Below are positions 11,879-23,799 of a DNA stretch of 64,000 nucleotides, piece after piece (within the stretch, counting starts at the first letter, position 1; the number at the start of each line of letters is the position of its first letter). The notes beneath the pieces were generated by a model that saw only the letters and a program-made list of their open reading frames with translations, had not been told where the DNA came from and ran no database searches. The stretch is from Octopus sinensis (lineage: Eukaryota). The position numbers were made by a program, and so were the translations under genes. Location: positions 806,001-870,000 of the forward strand of contig NC_043011.1 of NCBI RefSeq assembly GCF_006345805.1. The letters run 5' to 3'.

Positions 11879-12578
11879 TTTATTATTATTACTATTATTA
11901 TTATCATTATCATCATCATTATCATTATTATTATTATTAATGTTGCTGTCACTGTGGCTTGTGTTGTTGTTGCTGATGCTGTTATTGTCCTCATCAACGT
12001 ACATAGCTCTGTGGTTATCTCTTTTCCTACTTTGCTCTTTGTGGTGTATGTAAGTGAATGATAATCAGTGTGTACAAATGCGTGTCTGTGAGATTGTTAT
12101 AATACAATTTTACAAGTAAAATATTTTGTAATTAAAATAACAAAGGCAATTCTTTTTAATTGACAAGGAAGACAATTTAATTGTAATGGAAAATATTTTT
12201 GAACTGAAGATAAAATGTTTAGTACTGTTATTTATTTACAAATTTTCTTGTTTAATATTCAACAATGAATAACTTAGCAGCTCTTAATGTCATGTGACAC
12301 TTACTCCTACTCTTTCTGTCCAGTTATCTAACTGTTACACAAGGAGTCTCAGAAGAGTAACTTTGTTTTCAATTATTTTAATATTATAAATATAAACTAT
12401 AAAATGAAGAGAAAATGTATTTTTTACAATAATGTGTATACCAAGTTACATACACTGTATAAGTGGATATATGTGCTATTTCAAACCTTTTATTTGTTAG
12501 TCTATTACATACATCAACTCATATATTTCATTTCAAACATACACATATGTTTTTATCTGCCCTTTGTTCTCCTCCTCT

Positions 12579-12920
12579 GACTGGTAGAATGTGTTTATAA
12601 AACATCTTTTTCTCTGAGCTTTATTGAGAAAATTCTATAGTTTGTAAGATAGTTGTTGTTTTTTTTTCTTCAATTTCTGCAATTTCAACCAATCAAATGC
12701 GTCTATTGAGTTAAAAAGCATTCTGTGCCGTATGAATATGTCCCTCGTTTAAGAAACAGATTGGGTTTATTTACATTTGCGAAGAAAAAAGATGCCCTTC
12801 CCCCCACCCCTAACCCTAACCCTAAAAGAGATTGAAATGCAATTCTAGGGTCATAATTATGGGCGACAATTTCATATGACATCACTAGAAAAAACTGCCG
12901 TTCAAACCGAAAAGATCCAA
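12579..12920. mobile_element. Partial copy of the 7817-8243 MITE (right part)
   Basis: Collinear from CTGGTAGAATGTGTTTATAAAAC to GTTCAAACCGAAAAGATCC. Confidence 0.85.
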
Positions 12921-13074
12921 AGTACGTCCTCATAAATGAAACATTACCCAACTAAATAGGAAATGCATGTAGAAGGCAGGAATACCTCAATACCACAGAT
13001 ACCACCCACACAGCGTATATACATAGGTATATTCGTAAGCAGGCAGTCAAATACGTAAGTAGGTAGGTAGGTTT

Positions 13075-13544
13075 TATGTGGGTAGGTCAGTTTTATGGAT
13101 TGTTGTTAAAGGATTCCGACCACCTCCCAAGTGACTAAAAGTGGACCGACACATTGCTATAAAAATAAAGAGCTGTGAGCAATTGGTGGGTAGGCAGTTC
13201 ACTGCGAGCTGTGACTGAGAGTGTTTAACCTCATGTAACAGTAATCGTATTGCATTGTGTGAATAATTTCTTTCTCCCTGCTTCATTAAATTATTTCTCC
13301 AGCACTGGGATATAGAAGTGGCGATGAGTTGTTTGAAGCTTTTACTTGTTTCAGTCATTTGACTGCGGCCATGCTGGAGCACCGCCTTTAGTCGAGCAAC
13401 TCGACCCCGGGACTTATTCTTTGTAAGCACAGTACTTTTTCTATCGGTTTCTTTTGCCGAACCGCTAAGCGATGGGGACATAAACACACCAGCATCGGTT
13501 GTCAAGCAATGCTAGGGGGACAAACACAGACACACAAGCACACA

Positions 13545-13582
<38 letters not shown>

Positions 13583-13945
13583 TACGACGGGCTTCTTTCA
13601 GTTTCCGTCTACCAAATCCACTCACAAGGCTTTGGTCGGCCCAAGGCTATAGTAGAAGACACTTGCCGAAGGTGCCACTTAGATTTTTTATGTTTTTTTT
13701 TTTGGTATGAAAGCAAAGAAAAATTGTTTTAACATGGAAGACTTATTGGCCTTCGTGGTGCAGTTGCAACAACAACAACAGCAACAACAATACAACAGCA
13801 ACTACAACAACAGAACAACCAGTTGCTGAAAATATTTCAGGTTCGTAATTGCCAGACAGCATAGCAAACTCAATTGAAGAATTCAGTTATAATCCAGAAG
13901 AGATTACTTTCTCTGCATATTTTCGAAGTTACAAAATGGTGGTCT
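13075..13945 (+). mobile_element. Gypsy (Mag-like) LTR retrotransposon remnant: LTR, PBS and gag start, interrupted by a SINE
   Basis: PBS-like AGTGGCGATGAG at ~13317-13328. From 13734: MEDLLAFVVQLQQQQQQQQ...PDSIANSIEEFSYNPEEITFSAYF (frameshifted), typical of a Mag-lineage gag N-terminus. The LTR boundary is approximate. Confidence 0.6.
13339..13678 (-). mobile_element. SINE family C, head-truncated, inserted in the Gypsy leader
   Basis: Reverse-complement match to 14110-14457. Confidence 0.85.
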
Positions 13946-14042
13946 ACATTTTAGAAGTAACTCTACATTTAAAAATATAAACTGCTTCAAGTATGGTAAG
14001 ATAGGTCATAAAAAAATCACACTGTGAAACAAGACCTAGAAA

Positions 14043-14205
14043 AGGCGCAGGAGTGGCTGTGTGGTAAGTAGCTTGTTTACCAACCACATGGTTCCGGGTT
14101 CAGTCCCACTGCGTGGCACCTTGGGCAAGTGTCTTCTACTATAGCCTCGGGCCGACCAAAGCCTTGTGAGTGGATTTGGTAGACAGAAACTGAAAGAAGC
14201 CTGTC

Positions 14206-14245
<40 letters not shown>

Positions 14246-14457
14246 TTGTGTGTCTGTGTTTGTCCCCCTAGCATTGCTTGACAACCGATGCTGGTGTGTT
14301 TATGCCCCCGTTACTTAGCGGTTCAGCAAAACAGACCGATAGAATAAGTACTGGGCTTACAAAAGAATAAGTCCCGGGGTCGAGTTGCTCGACTTAAGGC
14401 GGTGCTCCAGCATGGCCACGGTCAAATGACTGAAACAAGTAAAAGAGTAAAAGAGTA
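14043..14457 (+). mobile_element. tRNA-derived CORE-type SINE, family C, full length
   Basis: tRNA-like head (GGCGCAGGAGTGGCTGTGTGGTAAG..GGTTCAGTCCC), CORE-like GGCACCTTGGGCAAGTGTCTTCTACTATAGCCTCGGG, internal microsatellite and (GTAAAAGA)n tail. Many copies in the window. Confidence 0.9.
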
Positions 14458-14852
14458 AACAGGTTTTTGGTGACACGAAATGCGAACGAGCCTCAAAGGA
14501 AATTTGTGTATGTAAAAGTTAATAATGCAAACATAAAATTACAATTGGATTAAAGCAGTGATATCTCGATAATTAACACACATACATGGAAAAATAATTG
14601 GGAAACCTAGATTAAAAGAAACTTCGAAAATTGCCCGTGGTATTTCAGGAAAAAAAATTACATTTTAAGGGTGAAATATTAAGTGACGCTATATTTCGTG
14701 GAAAAACCTTAAAAGCCAAAGTTTTGTGTTTATTTGGAATTTTATTTGGAACAGACTGAATGGAATTATTTAACTTATGGGACCTCCTCTTAAATCTTTT
14801 TTGTAAAAATATGAATGGTTTTCCCGCTATTACAAATAAGTCAAATCTTTTC

Positions 14853-15095
14853 CTTTTGAACGGCACTTTGTAACATAATTTCTAGGTAACTAAAAAGTTT
14901 TAAACTTCGTATACTGGTAGAATGTGTTTATAAAACATCATTTTCTCTTGACTTTATTCAGAAAATTCTATGGTTTGTTAGATATTTCGTCTGAAATTAC
15001 TTGCATTTCAGCAATTTTAACTAATCACTGGAGTCCATTGAGGTAAGTAACATTCTGTGCATAATGAATATGTCCCTCCTTTAAGAAACAGATTT
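14853..15095. mobile_element. Partial copy of the 7817-8243 MITE (left part)
   Basis: TTTGAACGG..TAACATAATTTCTAGGTAACTAAAAA..CTGGTAGAATGTG is collinear with 7830-8070. Confidence 0.8.
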
Positions 15096-15344
15096 TATTT
15101 TTTCTCACCACAACTAATGCCACATGGGAAAAATCCTTTGGGTTGGGAGGTGACATGAAAACTTTTGCATCAGTATGCTGTATCAATTTCTGGCTGTTAC
15201 ACCTAGAGTACAGACTTGTAGTGTGCTTACCAAATTTTTGTTTCATACAAGATGACAGAATGTATCGAGCAGAGACACTGGGGACGAATTTCACTGATAC
15301 TCTCTACAAGCACAAATCTTTCATTAAAGTGGAATGCACTGATC

Positions 15345-15815
15345 CTTTGCTTATTCTAACTTTTTAAACAGTTTCCTGGAGTTACACGACGGTCTTCCAT
15401 GACTATTCACCAAACCTTCCCAATCGGCTGCAAGAACATGCCTCACTCTCTGCTGAGGTGCGGCCATGTTTGAAGGTGTTGTACCACTTCTTGATCTGAG
15501 TTTTGCTTGTGGCATCATCGCCAAAAGATTGCTGAATCTTCTGGATGGTTTGAGCTTGAGTAACACCAAGCTATTGGCAAAACTTGATGCAATATCTCTG
15601 CTTGATGTTTTTTGTTAAAACGAAAATCCGATGAGTGCACACTCTGCACCTGTACACTAGGTATAACAGATGAGAAATGACAGGGCCCACTGGCACGAAA
15701 ATTAATTTCCACACATGTGCAGGAATGGAGGCGTCATCTCTCACCCAAAGGATTTTTCCCATGCACCATTAATTTTATTAGAGAAATTAAAGTTGGATAC
15801 TTTTTGAATACACCT
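15345..15815 (-). mobile_element. mariner transposon 5' remnant
   Basis: The minus strand reads KQRYCIKFCQ*LGVTQAQTIQKIQQSFGDDATSKTQIKKWYNTFKHGRTSAES (mariner HTH). A TIR-like GGTGTATTCAAAAAGTATCCAAC lies near 15795-15817. Confidence 0.8.
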
Positions 15816-16574
15816 TGTGTTACATTTACTTGGAAGGAGCCTATGGAGGATAATTGCAGCCCTATGTTAGCAGATATATATCTGTCTTCATGTGAATTCA
15901 ATATTCTTAACCTATACCAAAGGTAAAGGATAGGTTTAGTCAAACAATTCAGTGGATGCTGCAGATACATCAATGATAACTTTATTCCTAACTACAATTC
16001 TGTTGAATATTTGCTTGGAAAATATATCTGGAGAACCTCAAAGTGACTAGAAATGGTGACTTGATTGATGAGGTTAGCTATTTAGTTGTCAAGGTGGTTA
16101 GTGTAGATGAAAAGATTGTAATTAATATTTATAGTAAAACTAACAATTTTAATTTCGTCATTGCACATTGTTACCATGGGCACAAAGTAGAATTCCAGTC
16201 AAGTTATTAGATATGGTAGAATAATAAATGTGGTAGGAATGTTTTTGGATAGAATAAAAAGGTTAATGAAACATATGCAAAAACAAGGTTACATTAGGAA
16301 CAAGTTAGTTAAACGTTTTAACTGTTGCTAGGAGAAACATGGTAAAAATTTTGAAAAGATATGGAATGATCTCCAGTTTGCAACTGAGAAAAGTTTCAAG
16401 GAGTGATTAATTTTAATTAAAGGTGGAGGTTAGATAGTTTTCTAGCAGTTTGCAAGTTGGTTGTCATTTATTATTGTGTACACCACCACTTCCATTAAGT
16501 TGTTGGTATAGACGTCTACCAGTTGAATGATGATGGTTTTGCAGTTTCAGGCAGTGGTGGTGTTCAGAGGTAAC

Positions 16575-16790
16575 GGCGAGCTGGCAGAATCGTTAGCACG
16601 CCGGGCGAAATGCTTAGTGGTATTTCGTTCTGAGTTCAAATTCCACCGAGGTCAACTTTGCCTTTCATCCTTTCAGGGTCGATAAATTAAGTACCAGTTA
16701 CGCACTGGGGTCGATGTAATCGACTTAATACCTATGTCTGTCCTTGTTTGTCCCCTCTATGTTTAGCCCCTTGTGGGTAATAAAGAAATA
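16575..16790 (+). mobile_element. SINE family B
   Basis: Collinear with 6825-7063. Confidence 0.9.
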
Positions 16791-17277
16791 GGTAAGTTTA
16801 GCCTTCATAATTTCTTTGCAGGACATGGAGTTACATTAAGCTATTTGAAGAATAATTTCGTTAAGTTATGTTTGTTTTAATAATTCTAAATGTTTATAGG
16901 TTTTAGACAGAAATATTAGTTAAAACTTTTTATGTATTTCTTTATTCACTAGTTAATGATGTTCCCAAGTTCACTAGTTAATGATGTTTGATTAATAATA
17001 ACTTAATAGTTTGTTTACAATTTGGTTGTTTTATTTATGTTATTAATTTGATATAGTTTGGAAGTTTTTTGTCATATCTGTATTATTTTTTATTTTATAT
17101 TATTTATCTAATTATTTTATTGTAATTTTTTAATATGATTTTTTTAAAATATGCAGTTTATTTGTTTAATTTATTTTCTATAATTAGACACATAGTTAAT
17201 AGATATTGATCTACACTTGCCTTTTTCCCTAGCATGTGGTCTGGGGACCTTGGCTAAAAGGAATATTGTTGGACTAG

Positions 17278-17502
17278 CTGGCGGAGACGTTAGCACGCCG
17301 GGCGAAGTGCTTCGCGGTATTACGCCCGTCGCTACGTTCTGAGTTCAAATTGCGCCGAGGTCGACTTTGCCTTTCATCCTTTCGGGGTCGATTAAATAAG
17401 TACCAGTTACGCACTGGGGTCGATATAATCGACTTCATCCATTTGTCTGTCCTTGTTTGTCCTCTCTGTGTTTAGCCCCTTGTCGGTAGTAAAGAAATAG
17501 GT
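17278..17502 (+). mobile_element. SINE family B
   Basis: Collinear with 6825-7063. Flanked by a 15-bp TSD ATATTRTTGGACTAG with one mismatch (17263-17277 and 17503-17517). Confidence 0.9.
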
Positions 17503-17894
17503 ATATTATTGGACTAGTTTATACTTGGTTCATTTTTAGTGTAGTTTCATGTTTGGACTTTGTTAACCTACAGGTCTGGGGTCCCAAGCTTGCTGTTCCT
17601 AATGTTATTATCATGTTGTGTATTGGTAGTAATGTAGGTTCTGAAACCATAGTGATATCTATTGGGAAGCTGAAGGTAGAAGTATATGTTTGTTTGCAAA
17701 TCTTTTATATCTTGGGGTCTGGGTATTCTCATAAGGTTGAATGTGTTTTTGGGTTCATGGCTTTTGGTGATTATGTATAATTAGCATTGCTTCATGGACT
17801 TCATGGATAATCTTTAGAGGCAGGGATAATACTTAATTGATGGTTTCTAGTTTTTGGAGGTTTTGAGGCATGTATATATATCATATCCTTTATC

Positions 17895-18200
17895 TTTTGC
17901 TTTAGTCATTAGACTGCAGCCATATTGAAGCACCACATTGAAGAATTTTAGTTCAATGAATCATTCCTAGAACTTACGTTTTTAAGCCTGAGCCACACAC
18001 ACACACACACACATATATACATACATGATGGACTTCTTTCAGTTTCTGTTGACCAAATCCACTCACAAGGCTTTGATTGTCTCAGTTCTATAGTAGAATA
18101 CATTTGCCCAAGGTTCCACACAGTGGGACTGAACCAAGAACCATGTGGTTGGGAAACAAACTTCTTACCACACAGCCACACAGCCACCTCTATGCACCTA
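17895..18200 (-). mobile_element. Older SINE family C-related copy
   Basis: Diverged head, CORE-like domain and tail in reverse complement. Confidence 0.7.
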
Positions 18201-18409
18201 TATATATATACACACACACATACAAACACATACACTCTCATACACACACACACGCTCACGCACATACACACAAATTTACACATATATGTATACATGTATG
18301 CATATGTGTACATATATATATATATATATATACATATATATATGTATATATATATATATATATATACATACATATATATATGTATATATATATATATATT
18401 TATATATAT

Positions 18410-18442
<33 letters not shown>

Positions 18443-18449
18443 AATATAT

Positions 18450-18482
<33 letters not shown>

Positions 18483-18500
18483 AATATATATACATATATA

Positions 18501-19302
18501 CAGGGTGCGATGTGTGACTTGTCGCTATTCTATACTTTTAATTTTGTGCATGCACATTGTTTTTGATTTTGTCAACTACAAAGTAGGGTCAGTTGGGCAC
18601 TATCTGTAAGAAAAACAACACTGTGATGCAATGCACTCTGACAGAAATGACATGCTGTACTGCTTGGCATTTGTGCTGGAAGCTCCAATGCAAACATTTC
18701 AGGTGTGAATCTGAGAAGAGTGCAATCTGAGCACATGTACCAAGAGTGATAAAAATCAAATATCCAATCAACATCATGGTGTTTGGAGTAATCACTAGTG
18801 ATGGTGACGTTATGCCTCCATTCATCTTCCCACATGGCCTCAAACTCAACACAGAGGCTTACATCAAGTTCCTGGAAGAGGAGGGTGGCTGCTGGAAGAC
18901 CCTGTGTCTGGCAACAGGACTCTGCACCATGCCACACAAGCTGGAGAACCCAATCATAGCTGTCAGACAATTTCTGCGACCACATCACCCCTGACATCTG
19001 GCTACCTAACTCTGCAGACCCCGTTTATTATGTGTCGGGTGCAGTTGAGCAAGAAACCAACAAAACTTGAAACAACAAATATGAACTGAAGGCAAGGATT
19101 ATGGCCGCATTTACCAACTTAAACAAGGAAACTGTCCAGAAGAGTTGCAGGAGATTCCGAAGTCGTCTGGAGGCCAATGATGATTTTATTGAATAAATTT
19201 ACTGTTTAGTATTTCAAAATATTTTTATGTAATCTGTTAAAATGAGATGTCAGTGTTATCATTTTTGTGTAATTTAGACAACAGTTTATTTGCCACACCC
19301 TG
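18501..19302 (+). mobile_element. Internally deleted Tc1/mariner (maT-like) transposon
   Basis: TA|CAGGGTG...CACCCTG|TA ends. Encodes YPINIMVFGVITSDGDVMPPFIFPHGLKLNTEAYIK and a frameshifted DDD C-terminal part. Same family as 31410-32665. Confidence 0.85.
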
Positions 19303-19429
19303 TATATATGGATATTTATGTGTACATAGGCACAAAAACATAATATGTGGCTGTGTGTATAAATGTTTATAAATATGCATCCGTATTGGATATGCATGTT
19401 ATAAATGTAAATAGAATTGGTTATCACAT

Positions 19430-20050
19430 CTAGGTAGTTTATTTGTGTCTGTCTTTTTTGTGCATCATGTGTTTTATCAGTTCTTGCTCCTGTATTACAA
19501 AAGAACATGCTTCAAAGTGAGTGCTAACATCCTGGTTGTTAGTCCAGGATTACTGTTAGTTAACTATGCCGCTGCCACTTTGAAGCTTTCAAGGAACACA
19601 GCCATATATTGTCTTTTTGTCTATATGTATACAGCTTCTCTTTCGATGATCTGTTGGAATAGAGCTGTGTAACTTCTCTGGGTGTATATCTTAAATTGTC
19701 AGTCAGGAAACTCACATGATATTATCTGCTTCAGGTATTGAGGGTTTTTGATTCCTTGCTCACAGAAAGTTCTGAGGACAACATTTTCTTTATCTGGTTA
19801 CAAGTGTCCCTAAAAACTGTAGTATTCCTCATCTATTATCAGAAAAATAGATCAACCATTCATTGAAATGTTGCTGGGTGAGCTGTAGTTCTCTATCATT
19901 TTACGACCCTGTAAAAACATTTATTCTGGCCAAATTCTATTCCTATATCTTTTGAGGATGCTGTTGCTTGGCCAAGATTTTTGTTCAACTATTCATGTTC
20001 TTGGCATATATGATTGTCTACTAAGAAAAAAAATGTGTTATAATGTTTTT
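19430..20050 (-). pseudogene. Degraded R4/Dong-type RT C-terminal fragment
   Basis: The minus strand reads SKDIGIEFGQNKC...GRKMI...YYSF-LG and RSSKEKLYTYRQK. These match EIDMKFGLEKC and HPKSDIERLYIQR of the intact-looking element. Confidence 0.55.
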
Positions 20051-20625
20051 GTCTCCCTTTAAGTCAATCACATACCCTTCAATTTTCCTTCACCCAACCT
20101 GTGCTAGCACGGAAGACGGACGTTAAATGATGATGATGATGATGAATAAGGACAGATGGTTTACTGAAAATATATCACAGATAACCTGCTGGTAAACTTC
20201 AATATGATTCATCTGATGAAAGATTAGTTCACTTGACCCAGTATCCAGCAATCAAATCTCTTCCTGTTCTTTTTCTGTCCTGAAGATTTTTAGTCACTGT
20301 CTCAACTATCTCACCTTCAATGCTTTATACTTTTCATTTAATACATAATATTATCAGTTACTCTTCATATTATCATGTTTGACATCATCCTTTATGTTCT
20401 TATCTTCAGTGGCAGATCAGTTCTGAGTGAGAAAACCTATAACCAAAGCTATCTCAACCATATGTATTTTCAGATATCTGGTGCTACAGTGTTCTTTATT
20501 CTTAAGATGATTGGGAGTGATTAGGATGAAATTTGGCTGTTATTTCTAGCAGGTTCAATGATCACATAGTGACACTTATCAGTTCATATTTGCCATATAT
20601 TAAGCCCATGGTTGTGAGAGACATG

Positions 20626-20715
<90 letters not shown>

Positions 20716-20959
20716 GGTATACATATGTATGTATATATGTGTATATTAAAAGCCTCAGTTACTCTCTCTCTCTCTCTCTCTCTCTCCACACACACACACA
20801 CATAAAGATAAATAGAGAGATAAAGAGAAAAAAATGACATCAGTCACAAATAGACTGACAAAACTTTCAATTGTCTGCACAAATTTCCAAACTACTTCCA
20901 AACAGCTAAAATAAACTCTTCACGAAACAACCAACTCATCTCCAAGCTAATAAATAGCC

Positions 20960-21136
20960 ATTTTTTCCCGATTTTGAAACTTCTGTAACTTTTTTCTCTG
21001 ATTTTTTCCTCCACAACATCATACCTTCAAAGCAATGAGACTGGAATGCTACATTATTATAGCCGATTTTCAAATTTTTTACTGTCTTCTACAAAAAGCA
21101 TATTTTGCAAATGAAAAAAACTAGATCCCATTACTG
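20960..21136 (-). mobile_element. DNA-transposon-like terminus (copy 1), inverted relative to 23052-23240
   Basis: Ends GATCCCATTACTG|TA (a CAGT start on the minus strand next to TA, as in Tc1/mariner). About 180 bp match the reverse complement of 23052-23240. Confidence 0.6.
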
Positions 21137-21169
21137 TATATATATATATATATATATAGTTAATCCGAA

Positions 21170-21335
21170 CATGAAAACACAAAGAGAAAACACAACAACG
21201 CGAGGATGTGGAACAAGAATAGTATTATTGGACGCTCAGGAAAGAAGGAGGGTTTAACGTTTCGAGCGGAGCTCTTCATCAGAAACATAGGAAAAGGAAA
21301 GATCCAAAGAAGGGAAGACGGAGGAAAAAAAATAT
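21170..21335 (-). mobile_element. Short PLE-type pseudo-LTR fragment carrying a hammerhead, between microsatellites
   Basis: Contains the hammerhead motif at 21252-21286 and is flanked by (TA)n and (TG)n. Confidence 0.55.
21252..21286 (-). ncRNA. Minimal type I hammerhead ribozyme
   Basis: The minus strand reads GTTT-CTGATGA-A-GAGC(TCC)GCTC-GAAA-CG-TT-AAAC. Stem I GTTT/AAAC, stem II 4 bp, palindromic ACGT stem III (dimer type), GUU cleavage triplet. Confidence 0.75.
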
Positions 21336-21398
21336 ATGTGTGTGTGTGTATGTATATATGCATGTGTGTGTGTGTGTGTGTGTGTATAAGTATATAAT

Positions 21399-22252
21399 AG
21401 AAATATGTGAGAAAAGGTTGACTTCTATTTCATCCTTTACTTTAGGGGGTTCCAAAGGTCGATTTCTAATAAGATTCTTCTTATTGCATTGGTAAAGCCT
21501 TACAACAGGGATAAAAGAATTTTTCGAATATGAATATGTTACAAGTATAAAATGTGTTAAGAGCATTTATAGAACACACATTACATAGAAACTCAACAAA
21601 CAATTAAAGATGGAGAAGAAAAGGTGTTAAAAGTCTAAAAGGAATTTAATCCGTGGCTACTGACCTGAACTTCTAATTATTTCTCCCCATTTCTTCTCAT
21701 CTAACCTTAACTTTAATAAAACGTTTTAGTTCACACACAACTAGACTCAACAACACTAACTTAGCATGTTTTTTTCATTCATAAGGATATTGTGTATATC
21801 TGAATATGTTATGTGACACTCACTCCATCTAGTCTTCTGTAACAATATAATATTTTTCTGATGTATTTTTTTTTATGTATTCTGTTTTTTTTTTTGCACT
21901 GAGGAGAACAATAATATGCAATTAATTTTATTGTAATTAAATTAATTTCTAATTTTTTTACCATGTTATTTACATGTTAATATTACCGTTTGAAACGATT
22001 GTATGTATGGATTGAATTCATTTTGAACTTTTAACACCTTTTCTTCTCCATTTTCAGTTGTTAGTTGAGTTTCTATGTAATATGCGTTCTATAAATGCTC
22101 ACAACAGCCCTTATAGCATATTCATATTCGAAAAATTCTTACAACAGTAATCTACCAATGTAATATGAAGAATCTTTATTAGAAATCGACCTTTGGAAAC
22201 CCACAAAGTAAAGAATGAAATAGAACTCAACCTTTCCTCACATATATTTCTG
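21399..22252. mobile_element. Fold-back-like element with ~250-bp diverged inverted arms
   Basis: 21399-21655 matches the reverse complement of 22005-22252, with a ~350-bp spacer. TA-rich flanks. Confidence 0.75.
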
Positions 22253-23022
22253 ATATATATATATATAATATAGTATATATTTATCTAAATCTTGTACAAC
22301 AGATCTTTTTATTGTTTTATTCTTTCCTTCTTTCTATCAGCCCTTTCATGCTTACTTCATTCATTCCACTCTTTGTTCTTTCGTTCCCCCTCCCCCACAT
22401 TTCCTTGCCTTCTCTTCATGCTCACTTTCCTCCTCTTTTCACTTCACTGTGTCGCTGTCATTTTTTCTCGCCCCTCCTTATTTCTTCTGTTCCTCTGCCT
22501 CTACCTCTCTCTCTCTCTCTCTTCTCTCCCCACGTGACCAGTGTTCAGCCAAGCCTGACTATTCTTTCTTGGTTCGGCCGGCGTCTGTGCAACATCTATA
22601 TTCCTCCATGTTCCTGTAAAATCTTTTATCCCTGCTGTAAGGCTTTACTTCCACATATGCCAGCTTAATTTAATTCACCCTTAGTCGAAAGACACGTGTT
22701 GTTATGTCCTGTTATTTGTATTTGTGTAACATTCTCCGTTTATTTTTTCATCCTTGTTTTGTATACATTCACTGATTTCTTCCAAGGAATCTAATGCTCT
22801 TTGCATATGTTTTCCTTGGGGCTGGCCAGATTGGAGCTATCAAAAGTTTAATCAGCCGAAATTGCAAAGATTATCTGGAACTCGACTGAGGAACGAAAAC
22901 TCCGAATGACTCAGTCTTGTTTTCTTTGTATTGTCTATCTGGATGTTTTATTGTCCCTTTTTTGTATCATCTAACTGTCTGGATGTTTTGCATTCTTCTT
23001 CCATTTTGTAATTTTTATATAT

Positions 23023-23051
<29 letters not shown>

Positions 23052-23059
<8 letters not shown>

Positions 23060-23240
23060 GGATCTATTTTTTTGCATTCATAAAATATACCTTTTGTAGA
23101 AGACAGTAAAAAACTTGAAAATTGGCTATAATAATGTAGCATTCCAGTCTCATTACTTTGAAGGTATGATGTCGTGTAGAAGAAAAAATCAGAGAAAAAG
23201 TTACAGAGGTTTAAAAATCGAAAAAACTGGGTATTTTTAG
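23052..23240 (+). mobile_element. DNA-transposon-like terminus (copy 2)
   Basis: Starts CAGTAATGGGATCTA and is the inverted partner of 20960-21136. Confidence 0.6.
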
Positions 23241-23799
23241 CCAATAGCGAGTCAGAAATTTTCTGCGTTTAGCGGGGCGGTGTCAACTTTAATGTTGTAC
23301 CCTGTGACATGTAGCGTCTGACCTGTTCATTGTAGGTTTGTAAATAAGCAGAAATACCTAATAAAATTAACATGTATCATCTGGATCTAGTTTTTCTCAT
23401 TCATTGACTGTATTTTAAAAATATTTTAAAATTTATTATATTAATATATTTGTCTGCATGTGTTTACTTTATTAGTATTTCAGTATTATGTATACCTGCC
23501 ATGTATTTATGTACATCATTAATATATAAGTGTGTGTGTGTGTGTCTCCAAAATCTGAAAGTTGGGTAACGTTTTCATGCTTGGATTTTTAAACTACGAT
23601 AAGAATATATATAGAAAAAGCACAGAAAAATATGTAATATAATAACAAGGAAAAATTAAACCAAAACACGCGGGTGAAAAGAATCTTATGGTATGAAGAA
23701 TCAAATGTAAAAGATCAACATTGAACAACGTGCGTCACAGACAACAGTGAAGTGAACCACGAAGTCGCAGACAACAGTGAGACAACAATGGAATGAGCT

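Larger units (their letters stand above)
15900..17860 (-). pseudogene. Possible heavily degraded Penelope-like ORF, interrupted by two SINE B copies
   Basis: The minus strand is A-rich, with TCRL (~17575) and GSPD (~16035) motifs in PLE RT order. Many stops. Confidence 0.3.

Noticed and set aside
19710-19905. Candidate host exon on the minus strand with strong splice-like sites (TTTTACAG|G ... CAT|GTGAGT)
   Set aside because: All three frames contain stops, and the sequence is better explained as a decayed R4/Dong RT.
22884-22916. CTGAGGA...CGAA hammerhead-like string (similar weak strings at ~40290, ~53655 and ~60940)
   Set aside because: Stem II or the GAAA/NUH elements cannot be formed. 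Too degenerate to call.
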